From contig CAKSCM010000009.1 in the NCBI GenBank assembly GCA_934444365.1, forward strand, positions 1 through 64,000: a stretch of DNA of 64,000 nucleotides, given 5' to 3'. The translations under genes were made by a program, and so were the position numbers. How positions within the stretch are numbered: position 1 is the first letter of the stretch; the number at the start of each line of letters is the position of its first letter. Of the stretch, positions 60,702-64,000 are shown piece by piece. The notes beneath the pieces are model-generated. The model was given only the letters and a program-made list of their open reading frames with translations, ran no database searches and was not told the origin of the DNA. This DNA is from an uncultured Eubacteriales bacterium. Lineage in GTDB: Bacteria; Bacillota; Clostridia; Oscillospirales; Acutalibacteraceae.

Positions 60702-61556
60702 ATGAGCAATTTTTCAATCGGCGTTTTACTCGATTCCTTCAGATGCGATTTCCCCTCGGCCATGAAAAAGGCCGCTTCGATGGGCATTACCGGTCTTCAG
60801 GTGTATGCCACCGGCGGCGATATGGCGCCCGAAAACATGACCGACGCCAAAATCAGGGACTTTTTGTCCGAGTGCAATGATAACGGACTGACCGTCTCGG
60901 CGCTGTGCGGAGACCTCGGCCAGGGCTTTTCCGACAAGGAGAAAAATCCGGCCCTTATAGCCCGTTCCAAGCTGATACTTGATCTGGCTAAAAAAATGGG
61001 CACCGATATAGTCACGACCCACATAGGCGTAGTGCCCGAGGACGAGCATTGCGACACCTACAAAATAATGCAAGAGGCCTGCTTTGAACTTAGCAGCTAT
61101 GCCGACAGCATCGGCTCGCATTTTGCGGTTGAGACCGGTCCCGAGCCGGCCGAGCGTCTTTGCAGATTTCTCGATACCCTCTCCTCCACCGGCGTTGCGG
61201 TAAATCTCGATCCTGCAAACCTTGTAATGGTAACCGGCGACGATCCCGTAAAGGCGGTATACACCCTTAAAAAATACATCGTTCACACCCACGCCAAGGA
61301 CGGCAAAATGTTAAAACGCACAAATGCAAACGAGATATACTCCGGCGACGCCCAAAGCGATCTCGAAGCACAGGGAGCGGCCTTTATAGAGCTGCCGCTC
61401 GGTCAGGGCGACGTCGATTATCCGGCCTATCTTGCCGCTCTTAAAAGCATAGGCTACAACGGATTTTTGACCATTGAGCGCGAGGTCGGCGAAAATCCCG
61501 ACGCCGACATACGTCTTGCCGCCGACTTCTTACGCGAAAAAATAAGCGAGATGTAA
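60702..61556 (+). CDS. Xylose-isomerase-like TIM-barrel protein (sugar phosphate isomerase/epimerase).
   Basis: 284 aa with XI-like TIM-barrel features. Divergent from the AraC gene. Confidence 0.7.
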   Translation: MSNFSIGVLLDSFRCDFPSAMKKAASMGITGLQVYATGGDMAPENMTDAKIRDFLSECNDNGLTVSALCGDLGQGFSDKEKNPALIARSKLILDLAKKMGTDIVTTHIGVVPEDEHCDTYKIMQEACFELSSYADSIGSHFAVETGPEPAERLCRFLDTLSSTGVAVNLDPANLVMVTGDDPVKAVYTLKKYIVHTHAKDGKMLKRTNANEIYSGDAQSDLEAQGAAFIELPLGQGDVDYPAYLAALKSIGYNGFLTIEREVGENPDADIRLAADFLREKISEM

Positions 61557-61734
61557 GGGTTAACTGCTTCCTGTTTTCCCGCAAAAGCAGTAATAAGTGC
61601 ACGATATGCAGTATATCGTGCACTTTTTTTGTGTTGTTTTCAAAAGGGCTTTGTGGTATTTTTAAATGGTATGAGTGTTGCGCCCGATAAATAAGAAGCA
61701 ATCATCCGGCGCAATACCAAGGAGGGTAAAATTA

Positions 61735-63540
61735 ATGACCGATCTCGAAAAAATAAAACTAAAATATACCGACTGTCTGTTTATATCCCAAAAGGGCACT
61801 TGCGACATTTTGCCGATAAAGGCGGAGGGCTCGCTTAAATTCGCCGATGTCGACTACGAGGACAAGACCCTTTCGGAATGGAAAACGCCCGAGCATTTGC
61901 GCCGCGCCTGCAAAATTGCGGCCTCAGGCGGAAAAGAAAAGCTTAAAAACGATAAGGAATTCCGGGATACAGTACTTTCCCTTTTTAATTTCTGGCTTAA
62001 AAACGATTTTACAAATCCCAACTGGTGGCATAATCAGATAGGAGTTCCCCGTCTTGTATCATATCTCTGCCTGTTTTTAAGGGATTATCTGAGTGACGAG
62101 CAAAAGGAAATGTGCGAAAAAATACTGCTTCGCGGCTCGCTCGGAGGAAACGCTGCAATAAACTCCTGGACCGGGGCCAACCTTATGTGGGGAATATTCG
62201 GGACGGTAAACCATGCGCTTATAAGTGATAACAGCGAGCTTTTAAAAACGGCCGTTGACCGCGCCATGCGCGAGGTTGATATAATGGATGGATTAAAAGA
62301 GGGAATAAAGCCCGATATGTCCTTTTATCAGCACGGACCGATGATATACACCTACGGATACGGACGGGATTTTACGCACGACTGCGCTCTGCTTTTTTAC
62401 ATTCTCTCCGGAACCGAATTCATGCCGTCACAGGAAAAGACCGGCCTGTTCGAGGATTTTATTCTCGACGGCAGCAGATGGTTCGCCTGCCATAGCTTCG
62501 CCGATTACATGACCGTAGGACGTGAGATATCAAGAAAAAATGCCCTGTCGCTTGAAAAAATCGCATTTGCCTTAAAGCTGATGACCGAAACCGCCGAATA
62601 TAAAAGGAAGGACGAGATTTCCTCCTTTTACCGGTCGCTTACCGATAAATCCGCCCCTCAGATAACCGGACTTCGCGAGTTTAAAAACTCATATATGATA
62701 GTTTCGAGAACGAATAACACCTACATGTCGGCCAAAGGGGCGCACAAGGACTATCTTTGCTGTGAAGCCGGCAACTACGAAAACTATCTTTCGGCAAACT
62801 ATTTTTCGGGACAAACCGTTTGCTTTATGTCAAAGGGCGACGAATACTTCAATTTATCGCCGGTATACGATTACTCGGTCATTCCCGGAGTAACCGCATT
62901 TTTGCAAAACGACGAAAAGCTGCTTGAGCGCATGGGTAATTACGCCCACTGGATCAACGAAAAAGGGAAAACCGACTGTTTCGGATTAAAATGCAAAAAC
63001 GGTATCGGCGTAATGGCAATGGAAATTGTAAACGACGGCATAACCGGTTATTGCTCGAGAATTACCAAAAACGGGAACATGCTTTTGCTCACAAGCTCAA
63101 TAAACGCCGGAAACGACTGCTGCCAGAATGTAGTAACGGCGGTCGATCAGTGCCGTCTGCGGGAAAACTGCACCGTAAAAACCGGCGAAAAACAGCTGAT
63201 TTTAAAGGGATCAAGCGTTACAAACGGAGCCTTTACCTATACAAATCTTTCGGATACGCCCCTTTTCGCCGAGGCAATAAATGCAAAGGGCAACTGGAAG
63301 CGCAACAATCTTGACATGACGACCGATCCGGTCGAAACCGGCGTTTTCAAGCTGTATTTCGAACACAAAAAGGCCCCGTCGAACGCCTCGTGTGCGGTTC
63401 TGGTAAGCGAAAACGGCAGTGAGATGCCGTTTGATGTATCGGATGTAACCCTCCTTCAAAACTGTCACTCGGTAAAAATTTCTCCCGATGTAAAAATCGA
63501 CATCGCTTTCGAAGGCGAGCAGTGTGAGATCAATTTTTAA
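61735..63540 (+). CDS. Polysaccharide-lyase-like protein (heparinase II/III or PL8-like). It has an N-terminal alpha-toroid with an NWWH motif and a C-terminal beta-sandwich region.
   Basis: Start set at the ATG with AAGGAGGG RBS. N-terminal helical region with PNWWHNQ. C-terminal beta-rich ~250 aa. Family assignment is tentative. Confidence 0.45.
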   Translation: MTDLEKIKLKYTDCLFISQKGTCDILPIKAEGSLKFADVDYEDKTLSEWKTPEHLRRACKIAASGGKEKLKNDKEFRDTVLSLFNFWLKNDFTNPNWWHNQIGVPRLVSYLCLFLRDYLSDEQKEMCEKILLRGSLGGNAAINSWTGANLMWGIFGTVNHALISDNSELLKTAVDRAMREVDIMDGLKEGIKPDMSFYQHGPMIYTYGYGRDFTHDCALLFYILSGTEFMPSQEKTGLFEDFILDGSRWFACHSFADYMTVGREISRKNALSLEKIAFALKLMTETAEYKRKDEISSFYRSLTDKSAPQITGLREFKNSYMIVSRTNNTYMSAKGAHKDYLCCEAGNYENYLSANYFSGQTVCFMSKGDEYFNLSPVYDYSVIPGVTAFLQNDEKLLERMGNYAHWINEKGKTDCFGLKCKNGIGVMAMEIVNDGITGYCSRITKNGNMLLLTSSINAGNDCCQNVVTAVDQCRLRENCTVKTGEKQLILKGSSVTNGAFTYTNLSDTPLFAEAINAKGNWKRNNLDMTTDPVETGVFKLYFEHKKAPSNASCAVLVSENGSEMPFDVSDVTLLQNCHSVKISPDVKIDIAFEGEQCEINF

Positions 63541-63676
63541 TCCTCGCTTTTTAATTTTGTAAAGCTCTTTAAATACACAAAAAATCCGGACGGCGTTTTT
63601 ATATCATGCCGTCCGGAGCTTTTATTTTTAGTTTTCATTTCGCATTGCGTTTTTGCTTTTCGTAGTAAAAAGGCAA

Positions 63677-64000
63677 TCAGACCTGCTCTTCTTGCCCTAT
63701 GTGCGGCAAATTGATCTTAAATACGGCCGCCACCATTCTTATCGCGAAAATCAGGGCGATACCGCTGATTATAACTATATCGTTATCAATTACGTTATAA
63801 AGATAGGCCACAAAAATCGCACCAGCAAGGGAAGCGCACGCATATATATGTTTTTTAAATATATAGGGCTTTTCTCCGGCTAAAAGGTCCCTCAGCACCC
63901 CGCCGCCGACGCCGGTTAATACGCTTACGAAGATTATAAGGAATCTATTGTTAAAACCGCACTGATAGGTATAAACGGCACCGGCCACCGTAAAGGAGGC
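63677..64000 (-). CDS. UPF0126/TRIC-type (YadS/YicG-like) membrane protein, N-terminal part beyond the window.
   Basis: Conserved GGG..RD motif (TGVGGGVLRDLLAG) of the glycine-transporter/TRIC family. The ORF remains open to the window edge. Confidence 0.6.
   Translation of the reverse strand, partial: ASFTVAGAVYTYQCGFNNRFLIIFVSVLTGVGGGVLRDLLAGEKPYIFKKHIYACASLAGAIFVAYLYNVIDNDIVIISGIALIFAIRMVAAVFKINLPHIGQEEQV

Noticed and set aside
1-64000. CRISPR arrays, transposases/IS elements, reverse transcriptases (retron, DGR, group II intron), and toxin-antitoxin or defence islands.
   Set aside because: I found no short regularly spaced direct repeats, no transposase- or RT-like ORFs, and no nuclease/ATPase pairs typical of defence systems. 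The window is largely core genome.

Overview
This 64 kb window looks like a chromosomal segment from a spore-forming Firmicute of the class Clostridia. I cannot see dcw-cluster or SpoVA genes being anywhere else. GC content is intermediate. Coding density is high and most genes are core. Reading left to right:

- A secreted protein, partial at the window edge.
- A collagen-like surface protein with a C1q/BclA-like C-terminal domain.
- A TetR regulator.
- tRNA-Gly(CCC).
- An XRE regulator with a DnaD/DnaB-like protein and a DnaI helicase loader.
- A compact division/cell-wall (dcw) cluster on the minus strand: mraZ, rsmH, ftsL, a PASTA-containing transpeptidase, murE, mraY, ftsW/spoVE, murG, murA, ftsQ, ftsZ.
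- argH.
- A three-gene membrane module resembling Bacillus ydjG/H/I: an SPFH protein with C-terminal zinc ribbons, a double-zinc-ribbon membrane protein, and a TPM-domain protein.
- The origin-proximal block jag(khpB)-yidC-yidD-rnpA-rpmH. No dnaA follows it; an htrA-type protease does.
- An orphan ABC ATPase.
- spoVAC-spoVAD followed by a degenerate third gene and a roughly 600-bp non-coding stretch.
- A second SPFH protein.
- An unknown alpha-helical enzyme next to a NahK-like kinase.
- tRNA-Leu(TAA).
- A potABCD-like ABC importer with a xylose-isomerase-like TIM-barrel gene embedded in it.
- mtaD-ahcY, a DMT exporter, proS, a Ser/Asp-rich membrane protein, and a PiT phosphate transporter with its DUF47 partner.
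- An AraC-regulated metabolic island: two further TIM-barrel isomerase/epimerase paralogs, a 2-hydroxyacid dehydrogenase, a fumarate-reductase-like flavoprotein, an SDR, an Old-Yellow-Enzyme-like Fe-S ene-reductase, and a polysaccharide-lyase-like protein. This lyase-like protein shares a conserved P[N/K]WWH N-terminal motif with the unknown alpha-helical enzyme at 36169..37575.

I saw no transposases, CRISPR arrays, reverse transcriptases or obvious defence genes. The most interesting candidates are the ydjGHI-like SPFH/zinc-ribbon/TPM module, the uncharacterised redox/TIM-barrel/lyase island, and the paralogous WWH-motif enzymes.
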